From Haliotis rufescens (lineage: Eukaryota), in the NCBI RefSeq assembly GCF_023055435.1, contig NW_025964372.1:33108001-33172000 (forward strand): a stretch of DNA of 64,000 bases, in the 5' to 3' direction. Both the position numbers and the translations under genes were made by a program. Positions within the stretch are counted from its first letter, which is position 1, and each line of letters starts with the position of its first letter. The notes under the pieces are model-generated. The model saw only the letters and a program-made list of their open reading frames with translations. It ran no database searches and was not told where the DNA came from. Positions 53,320 through 64,000 of the stretch are shown here, piece after piece.

Positions 53320-53373
53320 CCTGATAGCCAAAAGAAACTTTATCATAGTTTTAAATTACTATACACAAAAGAA

Positions 53374-54052
53374 AGTGAGTGAGTGAGTGAGTTAAGATTT
53401 ATAGTCACATCGGCAATATTTCAGCAATATCGTGACTAAATCAAGTTGTACATTAATAATACATAAATATAGACATTAAAATCTGTCGACAAAGGACAGT
53501 AAAAACACCAGACTATCACAGATGTAGATTTAAAACTAGCATATCATCATAAAATTTGAACAATTCACAACAGTACACAATAAAAATGGGCTATAGATCA
53601 CCAATACTAGGTACCATGGGGACTTACGATACTTCTGCTACCTACATGGTAACCCAGCAGGATTTACACCATCGCTCTGGCTACTGGTGATTGTCAGTAA
53701 GTTTAAGCCAAATCGTTAAAAAAAACAAAGAATTCTACGATTAAAAACCATTGAAAAAGAAAATTACTTTGAATGAAATAGGACTTATGTACCCTCTCAG
53801 GGGGACAATTATTTTACGTTACTTCAACCCCCTTTGAAGGTACAGCCACCAACAATCTCAGTTATTAGTTCATTTTACCAAATTAAAATCACATACTTTT
53901 TACAATACATATCAAAATTTATCAGTCAATTCTATTTCTTTTAAAAACCCAAGAATTAAACGAGAACTTACAGCAAAAAGATCCTTTATGGATGAAACCT
54001 TGAAATAATAATCCCTTGTGATGGAAAAATCGATACAGTCAAAAGAAAGATG
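53374..54052 (-). mobile_element. 5'-truncated I/Nimb-like LINE: ORF2 C-terminus, 3' UTR and (ACTC)n tail
   Basis: Minus strand 54052-53912 reads HLSFDCIDFSITRDYYFKVSSIKDLFAVSSRLILGFLKEIELTDKF*; 3' end CGATATTGCTGAAATATTGCC...(ACTC)n. Confidence 0.75.
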
Positions 54053-54289
54053 CATGAAGTAAAATGTATTGTAAAGATCAAAATCTCGACGAAATTAACA
54101 TTTATAATGAGAGCCAAAAAGCGTCCGATATTGGCCTGACAGTTGCCGGAATTGAGCAGGGGTAGCAAAATCAAACTTTTATCGTAATGGGCATAGGGCT
54201 CACATATCTAAAATCGCTCAAGTTCGGCACGTCACATTGATAGCGTGTATAACCACCCCCTGCACACGAAAAAAGTCTCCGGCGCACAG

Positions 54290-55330
54290 AAAGAAACCAG
54301 TTGTCTGATGACGTCACATGGGATACATCTTCTTTGAGGACCTAGACAGTTATTGTCAGTTGGCAGTGAATGTGGTCGCTATCGAACACGACGATCCATG
54401 ACATCCCTTAGGTGTTCTAAAATAGAATTGTCTGGTGATCGTACAGGCCATGGCGACACGTTGACGTTGATGGTTGCGAGGAAGTTATTGGGTCTGACGT
54501 TGTCGTGCTGATAAAGGACACCACGTGGTAGTTGTAGAAATGGTAGGACAATGTTATGACGAAGAATGTAATGCATGTAACATTGAGCTTTCAAATTTAG
54601 TTAACACTGACCAGTTGGGTTCTCTCCTGACCACACATGTCTCCCCACACCATAGCAACCCTCCACCATACGGCACGACCTCCTGAACCTCCTAAACGAA
54701 TCATTCATTCGTTCTCCATTTCTCCATGCCTTCCATCAGCTATGAACAGACTGGCTTTAATCACTGAAGACGATTCTCTGCCAATCACGTCGCTGCCAAC
54801 GATGTACAGTGAGGGTCCATCTCAATCTCTGACGACGACCTTGCACTGTCAATAACTGTCCTCTGTCCATCTGTAAGCCTGAATTCCTTGAAGCCTGAGT
54901 CGCTTGGCCACTGACTGTCGACTAACCATAAGTCCTAAGGCAATTTTCGCTGATGACGTCACTGTTTGGAATCGATTCCGGAGATGCAAAGTACCTAAGT
55001 ACCGGTCTTCATTGGGCGTAGTTACCCCAGGTCTGCCTGTCTTGGACTGTCTGCCCGGCCTGTCTGTAACGGTGCATCGGGGTAGTTACAGCAACACGGG
55101 AGCTACCAAACGTCGACTTCAGGCAAGGGGGAACCCACCAGTGCAGAATCTGACAACCCGATCCATCCATTGCCTCGGACGAACGCATAAACTGACGGGC
55201 AAAAGACAGTATACATCTATGGTTGATGGTGGCTAAATGAAACAAACAAGAAATGGTTATAACTTATTCGATGGCGGTGTATTTGATGCGTGTATCATAT
55301 TTGTGTTATAGACTTTAGTTTGCAGTGTAT
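54290..55330 (-). mobile_element. Decayed Tc1-like transposon
   Basis: LYQHDNVRP, PWPVRSPD, LEHL.DVMDRRVR, RYRQAG.TVQDR; multiple frameshifts. Confidence 0.8.
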
Positions 55331-55499
55331 CGGCGACTATTTTCAGCCTAGTAATGTTATGGAAACGTATGTAACGTTTTTGGTCAAATCCAATTTTCAA
55401 GTGTATACCTTCTTTTGGCCGGTAGTTTAGGTTGCTAGGGGCTTATAACTAGCAATAGGGTCCTGGGGACACATTATACACTGAGTGTCCACGGGGTCA

Positions 55500-55726
55500 T
55501 GTTGTTTGTTTGTTTGTTGTTTAATGCCGCACTCAGCAATATTCCAGCTATATGACGACGGTATGTAAATATTCTAATTTGGATCAGACAATCCAGTGAT
55601 TGACATCATGAGCATTGATCCACCCAATTGGGATCGATGACATGCATCAACCATGCTACACACATTGTACCCATGTGGGGAATCGAACCCGGGAATTCGG
55701 CGTGACGAGCGAAACACTAGGCTACC
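55500..55726 (-). mobile_element. Adjacent fragments of SINE families D and A
   Basis: Family D 3' half (55500-55655) abuts a family A head (55658-55726). Confidence 0.65.
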
Positions 55727-55873
55727 TTTTCCACTCTCGGTGTATTAAGAATAGTGACCAGATTACAATCTTTTAAAAAACAGTTCAGTGGTAGTTTTAG
55801 CGAAGTAAATGTGTACTTTGGCAATTTTGATATATGCACGTGTATCACCGGTCATGATCCATGCTCATATATA

Positions 55874-56833
55874 CGAGGTGTTCATTAAAGATTTCCCCTG
55901 ACCCACTTTCGATGGACCTAGTGGAATGAAACTTGGCATAGGTATTAGTCTTTCTCCACATAGGAACCACCAAGAGTTACGCACTTCCCCCATTGTTTTA
56001 TGCAACTATGGAGACCTCACTTGTGAAAGCCCTCATTCTGCGTCTCAAACCAGGACTTGACTTCAGAAATCAGTGTTTCATCATCTGTGAAACGTTTTCC
56101 CTTCAAAAATGACTTCATGGTTGGAAAGAGGTGGAAGTCAGATGGTGCAAGGTCAGGAGAGTAAGGAGGATGTGGAAGGATTTCATAGCCACAGGACCGC
56201 GCTTCTGTCTGGGCAACATGAGAGTTGTGTACTGGAGCATTGTCTTGCAGGAGACGGACACCCTTGGTCAGCATGCCACGCCTCTTAAGCTTGATAGCGT
56301 CCCGCAATTTCCGCAGCAGTGAAGCATAATAAGCTCCTGTAATTGTGGTACCCTTTGCCAAGAAATCCATCATCACTACTCCGTGCTGGTCCCAAAACAC
56401 CGTGAGCATGACCTTGCCTGCAGAGGGTTGGACACGTGCCTTCTTTGGGGGTGGTGACTCCACATGCTTCCATTGCATCGACTGAACTTTAGTCTCAGGA
56501 TCATAGTGATGGACCCATGTTTCATCCTGTATGATAAGTCTGTCAAAAAAGTTTGCCTGTTTTTTTTGGCACATGTCCAAAAGATCCTTTGAGCAATTGA
56601 CTCGTTCCTGCTTTTGGAAAGGTGTGAGCAACCTGGGAATCCACCGTGCAGACACCTTATGCATGTTCAAATTGTCATGGATGATTTTTTCCACAGACCC
56701 TACACTGATCTTGACATCTTGTGCTAACTGGCGAACAGTTATACGTCGGTCTGCCAAAATGGCGGTCTTCACTTGATGGATAGTGTCCTCATCAATGGCT
56801 GAATGGGGGCGACCAGGAATGGCAGCTGTTTCC
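55874..56833 (-). mobile_element. Mariner element, 3' part (DD34D transposase C-terminal portion plus TIR)
   Basis: TA|CGAGGTG end at 55872-55880; WIPRLL, QDETW, QDNA, YSPDLAPSD; premature TGA at 56017-56019 then in-frame GLHSCIKQWGKCVTLGGSYVEKD* to 55945. Confidence 0.92.
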
Positions 56834-58195
56834 CAAACCAAAACAAAAGTCGCATTAAGCATAGTACTGTGTGTAATGGTTTGACCTACTTTCTAAGATA
56901 CCCTTATTTCTCTCGACCACACACAACCCTATGTTGATTTTGTATATCTGGTTACAACTGAATTATATATATCAGGGTTGTTTAAAATGATACCTTGCGA
57001 CATTTGTTTAAAAAAAGTTGTATTTTGGTCGTACTTTGATATATATCGAAGGTCCATTACTGCATGTTTGTTTGAACTGACCTTGAAAGGGATTTCAGCA
57101 AGCACCCGTAAAATGGTTTCCAGGTAGCTAGTTACACCGTAGTTATCTTTTCCTGTCGATATTGAGAGCTCTTTGAAAAAATCACTGCGATTGGTGTAAA
57201 ATGCCCGCCGTATTTCAGTTTTGAATTAGACCACCCAGTCCACATCCAGTTAATATACATTTAGACGAGCCTCGTTTGGGATCCAGCACATGCGGCAAAG
57301 ACAGGCGAGCGGACGAGAGAAATATTATCTGCTTTCAAAACATTTGGTTAGTTCATTTTTATCACATTTCAGTATATAAATTTACATAACATGTCAAGGT
57401 CCAATTGGATATATGCAAAGCTTTATTTACTGACTTTTGCGAAGAAATATGACAAGTGTAAATGTTGAGTCGAATGTGGGTTATACCATTGTGACAAGGC
57501 GTAGGTGACGAAGGTTTAGATAGGGGCGATAACTCTCATTTGTTTACATAATTGTATAAATCAAAGTTATTTGCTGGGCGAAAATAGGCCTCCTTGACAG
57601 TCTCTGTTGCCCGTGCTGAGCCTAAATCCAATACACGAATCGATATAGTCGTAATCGTGACTTGTCTATGGTAAACTAATGTTGTTCTCAAACACTTTTC
57701 TAACTCAAAACAACAAATATAGCCCCATTTCAATTTGCCATGTTAACAGTGGATAATCTGAACATCAGTAGTGTTAACATATATATATTGATGGTTTTCA
57801 GTACATTAATTATACTTCAGGAAGTGTTAAACATTTGTTGTGAAATAGCATTTGGTAGATCTATCTATCTTATATCAACAACAACTGCTGAAAAACACTT
57901 AAAGTAGACAGGATAATGTTAAAATCATAATACACACACAAAAAAGGACCGATATCTTGAAATGCTTTTTATCTCAATTCTCTACAAACCCTTTCTCGCA
58001 AAGACCAAAGTGACATGTTTTTACCTACCACTTTGTTGAATCATATTTTATATTGTTCTCATAAATAGTAGAGCCAAAACTCCCAATATGAAAAACATAA
58101 GTAAAATTCAAGTTATTCCCATTTTTTAAATGAATTTGAAGTTCAAACTGTTTTCAAATCGTTTATATTGTAATGGTTTCACTTTGTCAGCCAGA

Positions 58196-58900
58196 ATGCC
58201 TCCAACGCTGAGGGAGAAACAGAACCTTGATTACCTGAGACTCAACACTGGGCCGTCATTTAGGCTGCCGAACCCATGTACACCAAAGGAGAAAGGCTGG
58301 AGAAGTTCTCAGCTTTTTTATGTAAAGATTGTCGATTCTAAAACTGATGCAGATGGAACTGATTTGGTAAAGGTCCACTACATTGGGTTTTCCACAAAGT
58401 ATGACCAGTGGGTGAAGGCATCTGCCACTGTAACAAGGTCATCCCTTATCAGCAGTGACCCAAAAGATGTTTTTCTTTTTAATGTCTTGTCCTTGGTGAA
58501 GGACAATCTCACTGTTTCCAGAGGGGTGGATTCAAAGGTTGTTATACGGTTTCCAATAGCATCTCCAGATGTGAGCACCCCACTCACTGATATTGCCCGA
58601 AATGTTTCACCAAAGTCCAGTTATGTAAGACATGAGTTCAGGTTCAATGATGTCCATGGACCAGACATCTTATTTGGAAACGATTGGTGGTACAGAATTG
58701 TTAACAAAGCAAATGATTTTGCTTATGTCAATAGGGAAACAGTTTTGTTTGGTTACTATGAGCGAAAGATGCGTGAAGAGTACACCCTGAACAATGAGCT
58801 CAAGCTTGCTCATAGAGGTTTTATGTTTTTCCTCAGATTTGTCAAGGAAAAGGGTAACAGAAATGATCTGTGTCTCTTACGGTGCATACTGAACAACTGA
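58196..58900 (+). CDS. Chromo-barrel (Tudor-knot) domain protein, ~234 aa, transposon-associated
   Basis: FYVKIVDS....LVKVHYIGFSTKYDQWV matches the MRG15/Esa1/ARID4-type VHYxGWxxxxDEWV motif; probable start MPPTLR at 58196 after a pyrimidine tract + CAG (ORF open from 58130); remainder of unknown function. Confidence 0.75.
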   Translation: MPPTLREKQNLDYLRLNTGPSFRLPNPCTPKEKGWRSSQLFYVKIVDSKTDADGTDLVKVHYIGFSTKYDQWVKASATVTRSSLISSDPKDVFLFNVLSLVKDNLTVSRGVDSKVVIRFPIASPDVSTPLTDIARNVSPKSSYVRHEFRFNDVHGPDILFGNDWWYRIVNKANDFAYVNRETVLFGYYERKMREEYTLNNELKLAHRGFMFFLRFVKEKGNRNDLCLLRCILNN

Positions 58901-59165
58901 ATGAACATGTGTCGATTTCCCTGCCCTGAAGCTGGTTGTGAATCCTAACTCAAGAAAGCATTTTTATCTACTCGCTTACATTTCACAACAGCTCGTTGAA
59001 ATCTGCCCACATTTAACAAAATACATGTTTTGGACATTAACTTACTTGAGACAGATTTTAGGAACAAACATTTGATAATGTTGTAAAATAAGTTTGAAAT
59101 CTTGAATTGCTATAATTTGCCTTTGAAGGAAGATTGTTTTTACTGCACAGTGTTTCAAGAAAGCT

Positions 59166-61484
59166 TTGAATGTATCTGTATTATATAGCTTAGGTATGAA
59201 TTGGCCACCCATTGTGTCTCTGTTCTATTGTGTTACATACTGCTCAATCATGCCACTTAACAACCTGACTAGGAGATCAGGAATGACTGGCATATCAGAT
59301 GTATTTAATGTAAGTGTATCAAAACTGACACTTTTTCAAGAATTTAAGAGATTAACACCGGTGAAAAACACATTTTCACCAGATATATGCAATGAAATAA
59401 TAACTTTTGTTTGCAGACAAAATAAGATTGACTGCAGTACTCTTCACTATGGCAAAATGTCATCTACAATGGCTTCATATTTGAAAAAGCTTGTTTCAAA
59501 ACATGATACAACCAGACGGAAGGGTGGGAAGCAGTATAAGACTCTGTTGGGGGCATGGGAGAAGGAACAATATTCCTTCAAAGTATTTGTGTCTGAACAC
59601 AACATAAAAACATTAAAATCAAAATTGTTAAAAAGCATGTCTTATCTTCACAAGTACAAATCTTCTGTTAGGAAGGCCAAATCCTTACTTTTACAAAATG
59701 TAAATCTAAGGAAAAAGGTTCAATTGCTATCCACAAAATTGTTAAATGTACAACAAGGAAACTTGCTTTCAAGTGTGTCCAATAGACGCTCATTGAAATT
59801 GCATTTTCCTAATGGGGAGGTGTCCAGGTCCCAACAGTATAAAAGGAAACATATGATTGTGAGAGACTGTAAACAATCTTTAGCATTTTTAGACAGATAT
59901 GAGCTTGAACCTATTTCAGTACAAACTCTGGACAGTGAAGGAAGGCAAATCCAGATATCTATGAAGGAGAACATGGTCAAAGAAACCGTTCCTCCTGAGG
60001 TGGAATTGAACAAAGTTGTTTATGTGAAAGATTCAGAAGGTATTTCAAACAAGGCTTACCATGAACTATCAATGATAGTGCCTACCCTTCCAAGATCACA
60101 CAAGGTTCTTAAAAAAATCAAGGAATGCAACGAAAATGTTTTACTTCATGACACACCATATCCAAGCTTTGGGGTTCAGCAGTCTTTGAAAGAAAGACTC
60201 ATTAGCTGTGTTTCACAAATTCTTGAAATGAAACATGACACCACAAACATTTTACAAACAAAACTTATTCGTGTGAAACGTACAGGTGATGGAACACAGT
60301 TTGGGAGAAGGAGAACTTTTATCAATTTTGGGTTCACAATACTAGATGATATGCTGTGTACTTCAGTAAAGGGAAACCATCTGTTAGCAGTATTTTCTGC
60401 CAAGGAAACTTATGATTGTGTTTCAACTGCTCTTTCTCAAATTATTGAAGAAGCTAAGGACTTAGAATATATTCATCTTGATGGTGTATGCTTTCAAATC
60501 AAGTTTTATCTGGGAGGGGATTTGAAATTTCTCAATATGATCTCTGGAATTGCGTCCTGTTCATGTAAACACAGTTGTCTGTGGTGTAAATGTTCGGCTT
60601 CAGACAGACACGATACTACCTTGCAGTGGTCAGTGACTGATGTCAACCATGGGGCTAGAACAAGAGAGGAGATCACTGAGTTGGCCAGAAAGAAATCACA
60701 AAATTTGAACTGTGTCCACACTCCCCTCTTTGATTTTATACCTCTCTGGAGGAGAGTACCTGACATGTTACACCTGTATCTTCGTATTTCTGATCAACTG
60801 GTGAAGCATTTGATATCAGAACTCCGGTTAATGGACAACATTGCCAGATGCACCAGTATTTACATCAGAGGCAAGTGCTCTAATGTATCAAAATTTGAAA
60901 ATTTTGTTAAAGGATTGGGAGTTGATTTTCAATTCAGAAATGATAGGGAGTCTGGTAGGTTCACGTTTAGAGATTTTACTGGTCCTGAGCACAGGAAAAT
61001 TGCAGATAACATAGTCTTTGCTGATTTCATTCCCCAACATTCCAAATTACAGTCGATATCTCTGTTGTGGAGTGAACTGAAACATATTTATCATCAGCTT
61101 CAAGAAGAAAGCTTTGAGGAGAGTGAAGTTTTAGCTCTTGATGAGAGATGTAAAAGGTGGGTGGCCACTTTTGGACTTGTTTACCAAAGCAAAGATGTGA
61201 CGCCTTATATGCATATTTTGGCATACCACATCACAGATATGCTTAAGATACATGGTAATTTGGTGACATTCAGCCAACAAGGATTTGAAAAGTTAAATGA
61301 CAATACAACTAAATGGTATTTTCGCTCTACTTCTCATAAGGGCAGGGAAGCTCTCAAACAAATCATTCTGAAACAGAATAGGCTTGAATCCCTTGAATGT
61401 TGTAAAAGAGTTGTACTGAAAGCAAAATGCTCAGTGTGTGACAAGTGTGGTCACAATAAACGGTCATGTGGCCTGAGTGACTGA
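59166..61484 (+). CDS. RAG1/Transib-like DDE transposase with C-terminal CCHC zinc knuckle (772 codons; true start uncertain)
   Basis: Motifs in RAG1 core order: RVKRTGDG (D1), YLGGDLKFL (D2), CLWC, PDMLHLYLRI, TPYMHILAYH, FSQQGFEKLND (E); terminal CSVCDKCGHNKRSC. Confidence 0.8.
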   Translation: MNVSVLYSLGMNWPPIVSLFYCVTYCSIMPLNNLTRRSGMTGISDVFNVSVSKLTLFQEFKRLTPVKNTFSPDICNEIITFVCRQNKIDCSTLHYGKMSSTMASYLKKLVSKHDTTRRKGGKQYKTLLGAWEKEQYSFKVFVSEHNIKTLKSKLLKSMSYLHKYKSSVRKAKSLLLQNVNLRKKVQLLSTKLLNVQQGNLLSSVSNRRSLKLHFPNGEVSRSQQYKRKHMIVRDCKQSLAFLDRYELEPISVQTLDSEGRQIQISMKENMVKETVPPEVELNKVVYVKDSEGISNKAYHELSMIVPTLPRSHKVLKKIKECNENVLLHDTPYPSFGVQQSLKERLISCVSQILEMKHDTTNILQTKLIRVKRTGDGTQFGRRRTFINFGFTILDDMLCTSVKGNHLLAVFSAKETYDCVSTALSQIIEEAKDLEYIHLDGVCFQIKFYLGGDLKFLNMISGIASCSCKHSCLWCKCSASDRHDTTLQWSVTDVNHGARTREEITELARKKSQNLNCVHTPLFDFIPLWRRVPDMLHLYLRISDQLVKHLISELRLMDNIARCTSIYIRGKCSNVSKFENFVKGLGVDFQFRNDRESGRFTFRDFTGPEHRKIADNIVFADFIPQHSKLQSISLLWSELKHIYHQLQEESFEESEVLALDERCKRWVATFGLVYQSKDVTPYMHILAYHITDMLKIHGNLVTFSQQGFEKLNDNTTKWYFRSTSHKGREALKQIILKQNRLESLECCKRVVLKAKCSVCDKCGHNKRSCGLSD

Positions 61485-62814
61485 GACAAATTGTAGTGGG
61501 CCATTTGTAGGAGTATATCACTACAACAGGAACTGTTTAATGCAGTATGACAGCTTAGCACTAGTGCTTCCTTGAGTGTAGATGCACTTCCTCTTCTGTC
61601 TTGTTGAGGACATACTTTGTTAAAAAAAGAATGTTATATACATTTGTGATACTTTGTCATTGTTCATCTTGAAACAAGATGAGTGATAATATTTCTGATA
61701 GGTTTTATTGGTGCAACAAGTGTAGGTACACTTTGTGATTTATTTGACCAAACCTTAGTTTATCATATCTGATAAACCTTGTTCAGGGAACTAGTTTCAG
61801 TTTAAATATGTTTCAACAAGTTTTGCAACTGAGCTCCATATGTTTTGTTAAACCGATTTCACTTTTTTTAAAAACACATTTTACTTATGGGCAAAGACTG
61901 TTTGTATCATTGTTTTGCCAGATTTGGAAAGCCCTATTATTTTGTGTGTAACGCTTTGAAGGCATCATTCTGTGTCAAGGTTATTTTTAAAGCCTATTAA
62001 TGATTATGACGTGCTTAAACCTTGATAGGGTGAACGAGTTGTAGTTCTTCAGACATGTTTTGGTATCGATTAATAGCCAAATATGGACGTCTTAGCAAGG
62101 TTGTATGCACGCCAAGCTTATGTCTGTACCAGAAGATAATGTAATTTTAAAGAGACAACTCCTCAGTTCAGATGTTTCACATTCTCATGGCACTTACAAG
62201 AAGGAATATATTTTGGGATTCATTTTGCTTTTAGTTGTATCAAAATTTACCCCAAAACGTAAACTTTGAGGTGTTAGTAAAACAGCTTTTTCAAATCCAG
62301 ATTTGTTTGCACCTGCTGGATGAATAACTTCTGCTGTAGTTGTATGAATCAGAAGGAAATGTTATGTTGAAGTAGCCACTGACATTACACTCAGTCTATC
62401 AAACTGTTATTGATTTTATCATTGAACCTATGAGGAAGTGTTTGAGAAATAATTAGCTTGAAAGATGTATAGCCTAAATGACTAAAGATAAGGTCTTTAT
62501 ATGAAAAGGCATAGGGATATCAACCGGAATCAATACATTTTGCATCAACTCCATGTATGGTGGCATTCTTTTCACTGAAATAAATGTTTACCTTACATAA
62601 TAGATAAAAACTTGTCTCTTTTTTACCTCACTATGGTACAGTAGACACCCACCCACCCGCTCACTCTCACTCACTCACTCACACAGCCACTCAGCCACAC
62701 ACACACACCGCTGAAGATAACATTGTCTTCAAGACATAAACCTTACAACCCCCAGTGACCAAATGGAACACCCCACTTCACACGAGACTGTTTCAGGTGA
62801 CATGTTTTCACTTG

Positions 62815-62983
62815 CGGATGTCCGACCACACTTGAACTGGCCATGCCAGTGTTTAACAACGTCATATGATGGGGCATCTTCCCCATAAGTTGCTTTCATT
62901 TCATCGAAAGTTTCTCTTGGTGTGCGACCTTTCAAATATAAAAACCTAATCACTGCTCGGTATTCTACTGGCTCAATTGTCAC
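62815..62983 (-). mobile_element. Mariner element, 5' part (HTH N-terminus of the split transposase)
   Basis: EYRAVIRFLYLKGRTPRETFDEMKATYGEDAPSYDVVKHW..QFKCGRTS; matching TIR not found upstream. Confidence 0.9.
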
Positions 62984-63475
62984 ACCCTACTCGATCATAA
63001 CACCTGTAAAAGTGGTAAGATTAATAGTTCGGTGCTGCAAATTCAGATATAAGCCATAGATACATGTATCATTACACATAGTACATAGAGACGTTCGCTT
63101 GGTACTTGCGTGAACCAATCATCAATCTCGTGTGTGCGACAGATGTTGTTAGTGACATGGTGTTATTATTGATAACACTCAAGCATTTACGTTTCATATA
63201 GGAACATGAACGGACAAAGGACTGTCACGGTCGCTGCTACAGTATTCGTTTATGTTGTCACCACGCTATTTCTTCTGGAAATACTGTCGAGCTTGGTTTA
63301 TCATGACCGAAATGATTATGGCACTCGCAGGAAAAGGATCGTTAAGCAATGGGACATGTGAGTACCATGTCGCTTTATTGATTGGTCCTCATGTTGACAG
63401 ATGCAATTGTATCAAAATATACTCACATGCATAAGAACAGATACTTCTGAGATTAAACGTAATATCCCGAGTGAA

Positions 63476-63771
63476 TGTTTGTTTGTTTGTTTGTTTGTTT
63501 GTTGTTTAACGCCGCACTCAGCAATATTCCAGCTTTATGACGGCAGTCTGTAAATAATCGAGTCTGGACCAGACAATCCTGTGATTAATATCATGAGCAT
63601 CGATTCACGCAATTGGGATCGATGACAGGCATCAACCAAGTCACCGAGCCTGGCCATCCGAGCCCTTTAGTCGGCACCCGAGCCCGTTAGTCGCCTCCTA
63701 CGCCAAGCATAGTCGCCTTTTATGGCAAGCATGGGTTTCTGAAGACCTATTCTACCCCGGATCTTCAGGGT
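63476..63771 (-). mobile_element. SINE-like family D with (AAAC)n tail
   Basis: Family consensus match. Confidence 0.85.
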
Positions 63772-64000
63772 CCTGTATCCTTATTGGACCAGGCTTTATC
63801 TAGTAAATAGTCAAGTCTGGACCAGGCTAACCAATACATCGAGTGCACACACGGGTAAAATAATGCAGTGCTTCCAACATACACTGCATTTGCACTTAGG
63901 CACTTTCCAAGCAGATTATTATTAATATTACCATTTTCCATGTTCTGTAACAAGCAGAATCTGAAAATAAATTTTAAAATGCATGTTTCCATCTAACATT

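Larger units (their letters stand above)
56834..62814 (+). mobile_element. ~6-kb two-ORF insert (RAG1/Transib-like transposase plus chromo-barrel protein) splitting the mariner transposase
   Basis: Flanks rejoin to mariner FKCGRTS-[V]-ETAAIPGRP; ends CAAACCAAAACA / TGTTTTCACTTG; no TSD visible. Confidence 0.8.

Noticed and set aside
56017-56862. 281-aa ORF as an intact mariner transposase or SETMAR gene
   Set aside because: Its N-terminus is read-through from the insert, the HTH part lies 6 kb away, there is a premature stop and there is no SET domain
58130-58900. RAG2-like gene
   Set aside because: No kelch repeats or PHD cysteines, and it is co-oriented with rather than convergent to the transposase
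59146-59152. CACAGTG (RSS heptamer) just upstream of the RAG1-like ORF
   Set aside because: No nonamer at 12- or 23-bp spacing and no matching inverted partner downstream; a single 7-mer is expected by chance

Overview
AT-rich, intron-containing invertebrate DNA. The SINE families and (ACTC)n/(AAAC)n tails suggest a gastropod such as abalone, which is inference. The host content is a locally expanded cluster of polypeptide N-acetylgalactosaminyltransferase (GALNT/ppGalNAc-T) genes, each with only three coding exons. It comprises one intact minus-strand gene (12657-9054) plus a duplicated 3' fragment, and a divergently oriented plus-strand array of one pseudogene and three intact paralogues (25983-31073, 32661-39043, 40609-46064). 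The paralogues differ mostly at substrate-binding loops. The rest is dense mobile DNA: four SINE families, the 3' end of their probable partner LINE, MITEs with clean TSDs, an intron-containing Crypton (tyrosine recombinase) element, decayed Tc1 copies and minisatellites. The most striking object is a ~6 kb insert (56834-62814) that splits a mariner transposase in two. It carries two intact co-oriented ORFs: a chromo-barrel (Tudor-knot) protein and a 772-codon RAG1/Transib-like DDE transposase ending in a CCHC knuckle. This is a candidate RAG1-like transposon with a histone-reader partner in place of RAG2.
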